The notes: a model not told the origin generated them from the letters alone. A stretch of DNA of 64,000 nucleotides from an uncultured Roseateles sp. (GCA_913777145.1 CAJYPS010000001.1:54320-118319), one strand, 5' to 3'; counted from the stretch's first letter, positions 1 to 14,368 are shown. Numbers and translations are program-made.

Positions 1-768
<768 letters not shown>

Positions 769-778
<10 letters not shown>

Positions 779-836
779 TCGCTGAAAAGCTGATGGCGGC
801 CACGCTCACCGTGACCGCCAAGGGGTTCGGTGAGCG
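769..836 (-). promoter_or_regulatory. Riboswitch expression platform (mutually exclusive helices controlling access to the metH start codon)
   Basis: Helix A: 836-828 with 811-803 (9 bp). Helix B: 820-811 with 803-794 (10 bp, one G-U). Helix C: 801-793 with 778-769 (9 bp, one bulge), covering the AUG. Confidence 0.7.
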
Positions 837-888
837 CCGTTGTCGAGGTCCGAGCCTGGGGGCGGGGCCCTCGCAGCGCTCCTCGGAT
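829..888 (-). ncRNA. SAH (S-adenosylhomocysteine) riboswitch aptamer
   Basis: Minus strand reads TCCGAG-GAGCGCTGC-GAGGGCCCCGCCC-CCAGG-CTCGGA-CCTCGAC-AACGGCGCTCACC. P1 is TCCGAG/CTCGGA, the pseudoknot is GAGCGCTG/CGGCGCTC, and CCAGGCTC is conserved. Matches the recalled SAH riboswitch consensus and lies about 50 nt upstream of metH. Confidence 0.92.
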
Positions 889-973
889 GGTCGGGAATTC
901 TACGCAGCCCCGCCGCCGCCACCCGGACCGAGGGCCGGTGGCCTGCGGCGCAAGGCACACAATCGCGGGCTCC

Positions 974-2173
974 ATGGCCTCCGAACTGCTCCAACTGCCC
1001 ACCCGCATGCTGCGCCTGGGCATGACCCTGCCCTATGACGTCTACGACGCCACCGGCAAGCTGATGTTCGCCCGCGGCCAGGTGCTGCGGGACTCGCCGC
1101 TGGCCCGCAGCCTGCTGAACGGCGGCGCCTGGGTGCGGGCCGAGGACACGGCCGAGTACCAGAAAGCGCTGGCCCATCGCATGGACACGCTGATGCACCA
1201 GGATGCGGTGCTGGCCGACATCACCGGCGCGGAGATCCGCTTCCGCTTCGAGGCCGAGGCCCCGCGCGTGGACCTGCCGCCGCGCGAGGCCTGGGCCGAC
1301 CTGCTGATGCATACCCACTCGCTGCTCAAGGAGGCCGAGCCGGTGGACTTCCTGCCCCGGCTCGCCCGCCTGCGCGAGCAGCTGCTGGCGCGCGCCCGCA
1401 CGCAGCCCGACGCGACGCTGCTGCAGCTGATCTACGAGAGCGGCCAGACCTACGAGGACTACAGCGCCCGCCACGCGCTGCTGACCCTGCTGCTGGCCGA
1501 GCTGGTGGCCACGCCGCTGCAGCTGCCCGACCCGCTGCGCACCGCGCTGCACGGCGCGGCGCTGACCATGAACTACGGCGCCGGCCCGGCCCACGACCGC
1601 CTGGCGGCCCAGGCCGAGGCCGCGTCCCCCGCGCAGCGCCAGCAACTGGCCGCGCACGGCGAACGCGCCGCGCAGCGCCTGCAGGCCCTGGGCGTGCGCG
1701 ACCCGATCTGGCTGGATGCGGTGCGCCTGCATCACGACGCCGGCCCCGGGCCGCTGGCCAGCCGCCCGCCCGGCGAACAGCTGGCCCGCCTGCTGCGCCG
1801 GCTGGACATCTACGGCGCCAAGCTCGCGCCGCGCCGCAGCCGTGCGGCGCTGAGCGGCGCGGCCGCCGCCCGCGCGGTCTACCTGGACGAGGCTCAGCAG
1901 CCCGACGAGGCGGGCGCCGCGCTGATCAAGGCCGTGGGCCTGTACCCGCCCGGCAGCGGGGTGAGGCTGGCCAGCGGCGAGGTGGGCCTGGTGTTCAAGC
2001 GCGGCCACAGCGCGAACGCGCCGCTGGTGGCGGCACTGCTGGGCAGGAGCGGCACGCCGCTGTCGGCGCCGGTGCCACGCGACACCCGCCTGGCCACACA
2101 CGCGATCACCGCCAGCCTGGCGCCGGCGGAGCTGCGGCTGCGCGTGAACCTGGACGCACTGCTGAAGCTTTAG
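974..2173 (+). CDS. HD-GYP-like phosphohydrolase domain protein, degenerate
   Basis: Start set at ATG 974 (MASELLQLP). AALTMN replaces the HD motif, HH is kept, the GYP loop is missing, and the C-terminal GLYPPGSGVRLASGEVGLV is typical of HD-GYP proteins. Confidence 0.8.
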   Translation: MASELLQLPTRMLRLGMTLPYDVYDATGKLMFARGQVLRDSPLARSLLNGGAWVRAEDTAEYQKALAHRMDTLMHQDAVLADITGAEIRFRFEAEAPRVDLPPREAWADLLMHTHSLLKEAEPVDFLPRLARLREQLLARARTQPDATLLQLIYESGQTYEDYSARHALLTLLLAELVATPLQLPDPLRTALHGAALTMNYGAGPAHDRLAAQAEAASPAQRQQLAAHGERAAQRLQALGVRDPIWLDAVRLHHDAGPGPLASRPPGEQLARLLRRLDIYGAKLAPRRSRAALSGAAAARAVYLDEAQQPDEAGAALIKAVGLYPPGSGVRLASGEVGLVFKRGHSANAPLVAALLGRSGTPLSAPVPRDTRLATHAITASLAPAELRLRVNLDALLKL

Positions 2174-2179
2174 CGCAGC

Positions 2180-2230
2180 GCTGAACAACAGCCCGCGCTG
2201 CGCGCGCTGCGCGCGCACGGCGTGTTCAGC
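2180..2230. terminator. Hairpin between convergent genes (possible bidirectional terminator)
   Basis: GCTGAACA (2180-2187) / TGTTCAGC (2223-2230) encloses a GC-rich segment; no clear U-tract. Confidence 0.35.
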
Positions 2231-2236
2231 CTGGCT

Positions 2237-2530
2237 TTAGACGGCCAGCTCGAAGTGCTCGACCTGCGGCGGCTGCGCGAAGAAGCCGCCGACGATGGCG
2301 CGCCACTTGGGGAACAGCGGGCCGCCACGAAAGCCCTGGGTGTGGGCCTCCAGCGACTGCCACTCCACCCGCAGCAGGTAGCGCTCGGGCGACTCGATGC
2401 CACGCACCACCTGCGCGCTGATGAAGCCCTCGGCCTGGGACAGCGCGCTGTCTATGCCCTCGCGCAGTGCGGCTTCGAAGGCGGCCTGCTGGCCGGGCTG
2501 GATGCGGATATCGGCGATTTCGAGAATCAT
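2237..2530 (-). CDS. Antibiotic biosynthesis monooxygenase (ABM) family protein
   Basis: 97 aa, MILEIADIRIQPGQQAAFE...GFISAQVVRGIESPERYLLRVEWQSLEAH pattern of ABM dimeric alpha-beta barrels. Confidence 0.88.
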   Translation of the reverse strand: MILEIADIRIQPGQQAAFEAALREGIDSALSQAEGFISAQVVRGIESPERYLLRVEWQSLEAHTQGFRGGPLFPKWRAIVGGFFAQPPQVEHFELAV

Positions 2531-2712
2531 GCTCGGACTCGGTCAGGACAGTAAGGCGGCCCACTGTGCCACGCCGCCCGCGCCCCTGCCGGCCTGGGGC
2601 TGACGCCCCTTGCCCGCCACTTGGCGCCGACCCGCAGGTCGAATAACCTCGATACCGAGCGCGCCAACCAGCCCAAGACCGTCCGCGGTCCATGGGCTGA
2701 CAGGGAGGAACA

Positions 2713-3957
2713 ATGAGCCAGCTCATGACAGACGCCATCACGCGGCTGGCGCCGGACCACGGCCCCAGCGCCCCGTCGCCCGAGGCCCTGGCCCGGGGCC
2801 TGCACGCGATACGCGAGCACCTGGGCATGGATGTGGCCTTCATCTCGGAATTCACCGCCGGCCGGCGCGTGTTCCGGCAGGTGGATGCCGCCCGCACGCC
2901 CTGCGTGGTCGAGGCCGGGGGCTCGGACCCGCTCGAGGAGAGCTTCTGCCAGCGCGTGGTCGACGGCCGGCTGCCCGAGCTGATGCAGGACGCGTGTCAG
3001 AACGCCGAGGCGCTGAGCCTGCCGGTCACCCAGGCGCTGCCGGTCGGTGCCCACCTCAGCGTGCCGCTGCGGCTCAGCGACGGCCGGGTCTACGGCACGC
3101 TGTGCTGCTTCAGCCACCAGCCCGACCTCACGCTGACCCAGCGAGACCTGGCCACGCTGCGGGTGTTCTCCGACCTGGTATCGCAGCAGATCGAGCGGGA
3201 CATGGTGCTGCAGGAGCAGCAGGCGGCCACCCGCGCGCGACTGGATGGCGCGCTGCAGCCCGGCCGCATGCGCAGCGTCTACCAGCCCATCGTCGACCTG
3301 GTTGCGCGGCGCGTGGTGGGCGTGGAGGCGCTGACCCGCTTCGACTGCGAGCCGCAGCGCCCGCCCGACCAGTGGTTCCACGACGCGGGCGAGGCTAGGC
3401 GTGGCAGTGAGCTGGAGCTGCACGCGATACGACTGGCGCTGCGCGGCCTGGACGACCTGCCCCGGCCGCTGTATCTGTCGCTGAATGCCTCGCCCCAGAC
3501 CGTGCTGGACCCTCGCCTCACGCAATTGCTGGCCACCCAGCCGCTGGACCGCCTGGTGCTGGAGCTGACCGAGCACGAGGAGGTGGCGCACTACAGCGAG
3601 ATCGCCCGCGTGGTGAACCCGCTGCGGCGGGCCGGGCTGCGCGTCGCGGTGGACGATGCCGGCGCGGGCTTTGCGAGCTTCCGCCACATCCTCAACCTGG
3701 CGCCCGACCTCATCAAGCTGGACCTCAGCATCACCCAGCACATCGACGCCGACCGCAGCCGACAGGCGCTGGCGATTGCGCTGCGGCACTTTGCGGACGC
3801 CACGCAGGGCCGGCTGGTGGCGGAAGGGGTGGAAACCGAGCCCGAACTGAGCAAGCTGCTGCAGCTGGGCATCACGCTGGCCCAGGGCTATTCGCTGGGG
3901 CGGCCCGGCACGCTGGCCCAGGCGCTGACCGCGCCCGCGGGCCCGCGCCTGCACTGA
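2713..3957 (+). CDS. GAF + EAL domain c-di-GMP phosphodiesterase
   Basis: RBS GGGAGG; N-terminal GAF (GAHLSVPLRLSDGRVYGTLCCF); EAL motifs YQPIV, VEALTR, LSLNASP, LELTEH, DDAGAG, IKLD, AEGVET, QGY. Confidence 0.92.
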   Translation: MSQLMTDAITRLAPDHGPSAPSPEALARGLHAIREHLGMDVAFISEFTAGRRVFRQVDAARTPCVVEAGGSDPLEESFCQRVVDGRLPELMQDACQNAEALSLPVTQALPVGAHLSVPLRLSDGRVYGTLCCFSHQPDLTLTQRDLATLRVFSDLVSQQIERDMVLQEQQAATRARLDGALQPGRMRSVYQPIVDLVARRVVGVEALTRFDCEPQRPPDQWFHDAGEARRGSELELHAIRLALRGLDDLPRPLYLSLNASPQTVLDPRLTQLLATQPLDRLVLELTEHEEVAHYSEIARVVNPLRRAGLRVAVDDAGAGFASFRHILNLAPDLIKLDLSITQHIDADRSRQALAIALRHFADATQGRLVAEGVETEPELSKLLQLGITLAQGYSLGRPGTLAQALTAPAGPRLH

Positions 3958-3967
3958 AGACCGCGGC

Positions 3968-4603
3968 TCAGACCGGCGCCAGGCTGTGCCAGACCAGGCC
4001 GGTGATCAGCTCGCGCGCCGCCTCGAAATCCGCGAGTTCCAGCGCCGGCTTGCCCATGTAGAGCGAGAACTGCGGCGCCAGGTCGGCATAGGCCTGGGTG
4101 GAGGCCCAGATCAGGAACATCAGGTGGGTGAAGTCCAGCCGCCGCACGCGACCCTCCTGAGCCCAGCGCTCGAAGCGGTCCACGTCGGCGCGCAAGATGG
4201 GCATCACGCGGTGGCGCAGCACGTCGCTGTAGCGCGGCGCGCCGGCCATGATCTCGCGCGTGAACACCGCGTTGCCGCTGGGCCGCTCGCGCGAGAAGCG
4301 CAGCTTGGCCTCGATGTAGGACCGCACCGCCTGCTCGGGCTCGTCGGCCTCGGCGATGTCGGTCATGCAGGCCATCCACTCGTCGATGACGCTGTCCAGC
4401 ACCGCGCGGTAGAGGTCTTCCTTGCTGGGCCAGTGGTAGAGCAGGTTCTGGCGCGACAGCGCCAGCGTCGCGGCGATGGCATCCAGACTGACCCCTTCGA
4501 AGCCGTAGCGGGCGAACTGGCGCTCGGCCTCGGCCAGGATGACCTCCTGCTTGCGCAGCGTGGCTGCACGCGGGGTGCGTGCAATGACAGCGGTAACACT
4601 CAT
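3968..4603 (-). CDS. rutR: TetR-family regulator, RutR-like (pyrimidine utilisation)
   Basis: TetR HTH (FARYGFEGVSLDAIA...SRQNLLYHWPSKEDLY); RutR-type C-terminus (YIEAKLRFSRERP...FTREIMAGAP); divergent from the pyd genes. Start set at ATG 4603. Confidence 0.88.
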   Translation of the reverse strand: MSVTAVIARTPRAATLRKQEVILAEAERQFARYGFEGVSLDAIAATLALSRQNLLYHWPSKEDLYRAVLDSVIDEWMACMTDIAEADEPEQAVRSYIEAKLRFSRERPSGNAVFTREIMAGAPRYSDVLRHRVMPILRADVDRFERWAQEGRVRRLDFTHLMFLIWASTQAYADLAPQFSLYMGKPALELADFEAARELITGLVWHSLAPV

Positions 4604-4664
4604 GCACCGATTTTGACGAGCGCGCACCATCGCGAAGCTGCGGGTTTGTACGCTTAGGTCAATT

Positions 4665-4680
4665 TTTACTAGCTAGTAAT
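4665..4680. promoter_or_regulatory. Candidate RutR operator
   Basis: TTTACTAGCTAGTAAT contains the perfect 14-bp palindrome TTACTAGCTAGTAA (4666-4679), resembles the RutR box TTKACCAnnTGGTMAA, and lies in the rutR/preT divergent gap. Confidence 0.7.
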
Positions 4681-4724
4681 GTTTGGCTTCTATCCATATC
4701 CGATCCCTGGATCAGGAGCCCGCC

Positions 4725-6068
4725 GTGGACCTTGCCGACCTGAAGCCCGGACGCCTCGCGCCGACGGACTATGAGCGCCACTTTGCCGACGCCCATGCGC
4801 CGCTGACCCGGCCGCAGGCGCTGATCGAGGCGGAGCGCTGCTATTACTGCTACGGCGCGCCCTGCCAGACCGCCTGCCCCACCGGCATCGATGTGCCGCA
4901 GTTCATCCAGCGCATCGCACAGGACAACCTGCGCGGCGCGGCCGAGACCATACTGACCGCCAACCCGCTGGGCGGCATGTGCGCGCGCGTCTGCCCGACC
5001 GAGGTGTTGTGCGAGCAGGCCTGCGTACGCAACACGCACGAGAGCAAGCCGGTGGAGATCGGCCTGCTGCAGCGCTTTGCGGTGGAGAGTCACCTGGCCC
5101 GACCGGGGGCGCCGCTGTTCACGCGCGCACCGGCCACGGGTCGGCAGATCGCGGTGGTGGGTGCCGGCCCGGCCGGCCTGGCCGCGGCCCACGGGCTGGC
5201 GCGTCGCGGGCATGACGTGACCCTGTTCGATGCCCACCCCAAGCTGGGCGGCCTGAACGAATACGGCCTGGCCACCTACAAGGTTGCGGGCGGCTTCGCG
5301 CAGCGCGAGGTGGACTGGCTGCTGAGCATAGGCGGCATCACGCCGCGCCTGGCCCGGCAGATGGGCCGCGACTTCACGCTGGACAGCCTGCTGGACGGCT
5401 TCGACGCGGTCTTCCTGGGCCTGGGCCTGGCGGGTGTGAACGCGCTGGGCATTGCCGAGCCGCGGCTGCCGGGCCTGCGCGACGCGGTGGACTTCATCGC
5501 CGAGCTGCGCCAGAGCCCGCCGTCCACCGTGGCCGTGGGCCGGCGCGTGGTGGTCATTGGCGGCGGCATGACCGCGGTGGACGCGGCCGTGCAGGCGCGG
5601 CTGCTGGGCGCGGAGCAGGTGACCATGGTCTACCGCCGCGGGCCCGAGAGCCTGTCGGCGTCAGAGCATGAGCAGCACTGGGCCCAGACCCATGGCGTCA
5701 CCATCCGCTGCTGGGCGCGGCCGCTGGCGGTGGAGGCCGACAGCGGCGTGCTGCGCGGCATGCGCTTTGCGGCCACGACGCTGCAGGACGGTCAGTTGGT
5801 GGACCGCGGTGAGCAGTTCTTCCTGGAGGCCGACCTGGTGCTGCGCGCCATAGGCCAGAGCTTTGTGCGCGAGCCCGTGGGCCAGGCCATTGCGCTGGAG
5901 GGCGGCCGCATCAAGACCGATGCGCAGGGCCGCACCAGCCTGGCCCGCGTCTGGGCCGGCGGCGACTGCCGAGCCGGCGGGCGGGATTTGACCGTGGAAG
6001 CGGTGGAGCATGGCAAGCGCGCCGCCGAGAGCATTCATGCCGACCTGATGGGGGTGGCCCGTGGCTGA
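4725..6068 (+). CDS. preT: Dihydropyrimidine dehydrogenase subunit A (GltD-like NAD(P)/FAD Fe-S oxidoreductase)
   Basis: AGGAG RBS then GTG 4725; CYYCYGAPCQTACP Fe-S motif, VVGAGPAG and VIGGG nucleotide-binding motifs; overlaps preA. Confidence 0.92.
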   Translation: MDLADLKPGRLAPTDYERHFADAHAPLTRPQALIEAERCYYCYGAPCQTACPTGIDVPQFIQRIAQDNLRGAAETILTANPLGGMCARVCPTEVLCEQACVRNTHESKPVEIGLLQRFAVESHLARPGAPLFTRAPATGRQIAVVGAGPAGLAAAHGLARRGHDVTLFDAHPKLGGLNEYGLATYKVAGGFAQREVDWLLSIGGITPRLARQMGRDFTLDSLLDGFDAVFLGLGLAGVNALGIAEPRLPGLRDAVDFIAELRQSPPSTVAVGRRVVVIGGGMTAVDAAVQARLLGAEQVTMVYRRGPESLSASEHEQHWAQTHGVTIRCWARPLAVEADSGVLRGMRFAATTLQDGQLVDRGEQFFLEADLVLRAIGQSFVREPVGQAIALEGGRIKTDAQGRTSLARVWAGGDCRAGGRDLTVEAVEHGKRAAESIHADLMGVARG

Positions 6069-7368
6069 CCTGAGCACCGATTTCCTGGGCATCAAGAGCC
6101 CCAATCCCTTCTGGCTGGCCTCGGCCCCGCCCACCGACAAGGAGGTCAATGTGCGCCGCGCCTTCGAGGCCGGCTGGGGCGGCGTCGTATGGAAGACGCT
6201 GGGCGAGGACCCGCCGGTGGTCAACGTGAACGGCCCGCGCTACGCGACGCTGTGGAGCCAAGACCGCCGCGTGATCGGCTTCAACAACATCGAGCTCATC
6301 AGCGATCGGCCGCTGCAGACCAACCTGGACGAGATTGCCCGCGTGAAGCGCGACTTCCCGGACCGGGCCATGATCGTCTCGCTGATGGTGCCGGTGAACG
6401 AGCCGAGCTGGAGGGCCATGCTGGCCCGCGTGGCCGACACCGGCGCCGACGGCGTGGAGCTGAACTTCGGCTGCCCGCACGGCATGAGCGAGCGCGGCAT
6501 GGGCTCGGCCGTGGGCCAGGTGCCGGAATACATCCAGCAGGTCACCGAGTGGTGCAAGCAGCACACGCGCCTGCCGGTCATCGTGAAGCTCACGCCCAAC
6601 ATCACCGATGTGCGCTTTCCGGCCCGGGCGGCCAAGGCCGGTGGCGCCGATGCGGTGAGCCTGATCAACACCATCAACTCCATCATGGGCGTGGACCTGG
6701 ACCGCATGGTGATGAGCCCCGACACCGATGGCCAGGGCTCGCATGGCGGCTACTGCGGCCCGGCGGTCAAGCCCATTGCGCTGAACATGGTGGCCGAGAT
6801 CGCCCGTGACGCGGCCACCGCCGGCCTGCCCATCAGCGGCATAGGCGGCATCTCCACCTGGCGCGACGCGGCCGAGTTCATCGCGATGGGCTGCGGCACG
6901 GTGCAGGTCTGCACCGCGGCCATGGTCTACGGCTTCAAGATCGTCGAGGATCTGTGTTCGGGCCTGTCCAACTTCATGGACGAGAAAGGCTATGCGCGCC
7001 TGACCGACTTCCAGGGTCGCGCCGTGCCCACGGTCAAGAACTGGAACCAGCTCAACCTCAAGCACGTGGACAAGGCGGTCATCCATCAGGACAGCTGCAT
7101 CCAGTGCGGCCGCTGCCATGTGGTCTGCGAGGACACCTCGCACCAGGCGATCTTCAACACGAAAGACGGCAAGCGTCACTTCCATGTCAACGAAGCCGAG
7201 TGCGTTGGGTGCAACCTCTGTGTGTCCATCTGCCCTGTCCCTGGCACCATCACGATGCGCACGCTCCAGCCCGGAGAGACCGACGCCCGCACCGGGCGCG
7301 TGATCGACGGCAGCTATGCCAACTGGAGCACGCATCCGAACAACCCCATGCGGCCGGCTTGCGGCTGA
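6061..7368 (+). CDS. preA: Dihydropyrimidine dehydrogenase subunit B
   Basis: [31 protein letters not shown], and two C-terminal 4Fe-4S motifs (CIQCGRC, CVGCNLC). Confidence 0.96.
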   Translation: MADLSTDFLGIKSPNPFWLASAPPTDKEVNVRRAFEAGWGGVVWKTLGEDPPVVNVNGPRYATLWSQDRRVIGFNNIELISDRPLQTNLDEIARVKRDFPDRAMIVSLMVPVNEPSWRAMLARVADTGADGVELNFGCPHGMSERGMGSAVGQVPEYIQQVTEWCKQHTRLPVIVKLTPNITDVRFPARAAKAGGADAVSLINTINSIMGVDLDRMVMSPDTDGQGSHGGYCGPAVKPIALNMVAEIARDAATAGLPISGIGGISTWRDAAEFIAMGCGTVQVCTAAMVYGFKIVEDLCSGLSNFMDEKGYARLTDFQGRAVPTVKNWNQLNLKHVDKAVIHQDSCIQCGRCHVVCEDTSHQAIFNTKDGKRHFHVNEAECVGCNLCVSICPVPGTITMRTLQPGETDARTGRVIDGSYANWSTHPNNPMRPACG

Positions 7369-7378
7369 GGAGACAGGT

Positions 7379-8887
<1,509 letters not shown>

Positions 8888-8889
8888 GC

Positions 8890-9030
8890 CCCTCGCCCAA
8901 GCCCGCCTCGCTGAACGCGGGCGAGCCTGGTCGATCCCCCGAGGGGACGGCGATGCTCGCGGCCTCCAGCCCCGAGCACATCGCCCAGCGCGGGCCGGAT
9001 TGGGAGCGGCCCGGCGCTCGGCCCGCCTTC
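8890..9030. repeat. Multi-hairpin REP-like intergenic element
   Basis: Hairpins CTCGCCC/GGGCGAG, TCCCC-CGA-GGGGA, GGCGATGCTCG/CGAGCACATCGCC and a TTGGGAGCGGCCCGGCGC block resembling interspersed repeats recalled from Comamonadaceae-like genomes. Confidence 0.55.
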
Positions 9031-9062
9031 GCAACCTGCATCACTGAGGACGACATCGCACC

Positions 9063-12348
<3,286 letters not shown>

Positions 12349-12358
12349 GGACCCCACC

Positions 12359-13624
12359 ATGGACATGCCCGCCAAGACCGCCGACCTCACGACGCTGCGC
12401 ATCAACGGCCCGCGCCTGTGGGCCTCGCTGATGGAGCTGGCCCAGATAGGCGCCACCGACAAGGGCGGCGTCTGCCGCCTCACGCTGACCGACCTCGACA
12501 AGCAGGGCCGCGACCTGGTCACCGGCTGGGCGCGCGAGGCCGGCATGACGGTCACCGTCGACAAGATCGGCAACGTCTTCATGCGCCGCGCCGGCCGCAA
12601 CAACAGCCTGCCGCCCATCATGACCGGCAGCCACATCGACACCCAGCCCACCGGCGGCAAGTTCGACGGCAACTACGGCGTGCTGGCCGGCATCGAGGTG
12701 GTGCGCACGCTGAACGACCACGGCATCGAGACTGAGGCGCCCATCGAGGTGGCCTTCTGGACCAACGAGGAAGGCTCGCGCTTCGTGCCGGTGATGATGG
12801 GCTCGGGCGTGTTCGCCAAGGCCTTCACGCTGGAGCACGCCTACGCGGCCACCGACACCGAGGGCAAGACGGTGAAGGGCGAGCTGGAGCGCATCGGCTA
12901 CATCGGCGAGCAGGAGCCGGGCGACCACCCCATAGGCGCCTACTTCGAGACCCATATCGAGCAAGGCCCGGTGCTGGAGGATCACGACAAGACCATAGGC
13001 GTGGTCACCGGCGTGCTGGGCATACGCTGGTACGACTGTGTCGTCACCGGCATGGAAGCCCATGCCGGCCCCACGCCGATGGCCTTGCGCCGCGACGCAC
13101 TGCAGGTGGCCACGCATCTGATGCAGGAGGTGGTGGCCTGCGCCCACCGCCATCCGCCGCATGGCCGCGGCACCGTGGGCATGGTGCAGATCCACCCCAA
13201 CAGCCGCAACGTGATCCCGGGCCGCGTGAAGTTCAGCATCGATCTGCGCAACGCCACCGATGCGCTGTGCGAGGCCATGGATGCCGACATCCGCGCGGTG
13301 GCGGCCAAGTTGAGCGCCGACAGCGGCCTCACCATCGAGATCACACCGGTCAGCGCCTACCCGGCCCAGCCCTTCCACCCCGACTGCATTGCCGCCGTCC
13401 AGAAGGCCGCCGATGCGCTGGGCTACAGCAATATGCCCGCGGTATCAGGCGCCGGCCACGACGCCGTCTACATGGCCCGCCTGGCCCCGGCCGGCATGAT
13501 CTTCATCCCCTGCAAGGACGGCATCAGCCACAACGAGATCGAAGACGCCAAGCCGGAGCACATCGAGGCGGGGTGCAATGTACTGCTGTGGGCGATACTG
13601 AGTTCGGACCGAGCAAGGTCCTGA
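12359..13624 (+). CDS. pydC: Beta-ureidopropionase / N-carbamoyl-amino-acid amidohydrolase (M20 Zn hydrolase)
   Basis: GSHIDTQPTGGKFDG, TNEEGSRF, ETHIEQGP, AHAG, SGAGHDA, SHNEIE; the last about 7 residues look atypical. Confidence 0.92.
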   Translation: MDMPAKTADLTTLRINGPRLWASLMELAQIGATDKGGVCRLTLTDLDKQGRDLVTGWAREAGMTVTVDKIGNVFMRRAGRNNSLPPIMTGSHIDTQPTGGKFDGNYGVLAGIEVVRTLNDHGIETEAPIEVAFWTNEEGSRFVPVMMGSGVFAKAFTLEHAYAATDTEGKTVKGELERIGYIGEQEPGDHPIGAYFETHIEQGPVLEDHDKTIGVVTGVLGIRWYDCVVTGMEAHAGPTPMALRRDALQVATHLMQEVVACAHRHPPHGRGTVGMVQIHPNSRNVIPGRVKFSIDLRNATDALCEAMDADIRAVAAKLSADSGLTIEITPVSAYPAQPFHPDCIAAVQKAADALGYSNMPAVSGAGHDAVYMARLAPAGMIFIPCKDGISHNEIEDAKPEHIEAGCNVLLWAILSSDRARS

Positions 13625-13733
13625 GGACCTTGCGACGCCGAACGAAGGACTGGGCCCGTCTCGCGGGACCAGGCATGAGCGCGGACCGAGCGAAGTCCTG
13701 AGGACTTCACGACGCCTCGCGGGGCTAAGCATG
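13601..13733. repeat. Tandem structured repeat: two 35-bp units (13605-13639, 13682-13716) with a 42-bp spacer
   Basis: CGGACCGAGCAAGGTCCTGAGGACCTTGCGACGCC vs CGGACCGAGCGAAGTCCTGAGGACTTCACGACGCC, 30/35 identical; each folds into a stem capped by a TGA triloop. Confidence 0.85.
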
Positions 13734-13779
13734 GAGCGGGCCGGCACGACCTGACCCACACCTTGGTCCCCTGACGACA

Positions 13780-13808
13780 AAGCCCGCCCGGTCATCCCAG
13801 GCGGGCTT
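13780..13808. terminator. Hairpin between the convergent pyd operon and the downstream gene
   Basis: AAGCCCGCC / GGCGGGCTT 9-bp stem with short A/T flanks. Confidence 0.55.
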
Positions 13809-13840
13809 GGTCTCGGAGCGACGGACTGAGCCGTCAGCAC

Positions 13841-14296
13841 TCAATCCTTGCCGTGCCCATGACCATGACCGCGGCCCTTGCCCTTGTCGTCGTCCTTGTC
13901 ATGGCCACGGCCCCGGCCCGGGCCGTCATCGTCGTCGCGCCAGCCGCCACGATCGCGGTCGTACTGCTCGCGATAGTGCGGCACGTACTCGCGCTCGTAC
14001 CAGTCGCCCTTCACGAAGTAGACCGGCCGGCCGCAAGCGTTGTACTTGCCGCAATGCTTGGCCCAGTTCTTCTCATGGCCCGGCGGCACGCGCAGGTAGA
14101 GCGGCGGCGGGGGCGAAGGCACGCGCTGGATCAGCACCGGCTGCGGGTAGATCACCTGCGGCCTCATGGTGCCGATGTCGATCTGGCCGTAGAAACCGGG
14201 CTGGCCCACGCTGATGGACACGCCCACGTCGGCGGCGCGGGCCGGCCCGGCGGCCAGGGCAGCGAAGGCCAGCAGGGCCAGAGCAATGGTCTTCAT
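13841..14296 (-). CDS. Hypothetical exported protein, 151 aa
   Basis: Signal peptide ending ARA-ADV; VGVSISVGQPGFYGQI; PPGHEKNWAKHCGKYNACGRPVYFV; Asp/Gly/His/Lys/Arg-rich tail; AGGAG RBS. Confidence 0.85.
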   Translation of the reverse strand: MKTIALALLAFAALAAGPARAADVGVSISVGQPGFYGQIDIGTMRPQVIYPQPVLIQRVPSPPPPLYLRVPPGHEKNWAKHCGKYNACGRPVYFVKGDWYEREYVPHYREQYDRDRGGWRDDDDGPGRGRGHDKDDDKGKGRGHGHGHGKD

Positions 14297-14368
14297 GTCG
14301 AACTCCTGATGGTGGAGAGATGGCCCAAATTATTGGCCGGGCGTCTGCCCCTCCCGACCGCTGCAGGC

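Noticed and set aside
2531-2712. c-di-GMP riboswitch upstream of the GAF-EAL gene
   Set aside because: No GNRA tetraloop/receptor or conserved GEMM nucleotides recognisable.
13621-13710. Hammerhead ribozyme (CUGAGGA fits CUGANGA)
   Set aside because: The motif lies in the apex of a stable hairpin and no GAAA follows a stem II; the core cannot be assembled.
13605-13716. Mini CRISPR array (35-bp palindromic repeats, 42-bp spacer)
   Set aside because: Only two units, 5 mismatches, structured GC-rich spacer, no AT-rich leader, no cas genes in the window.
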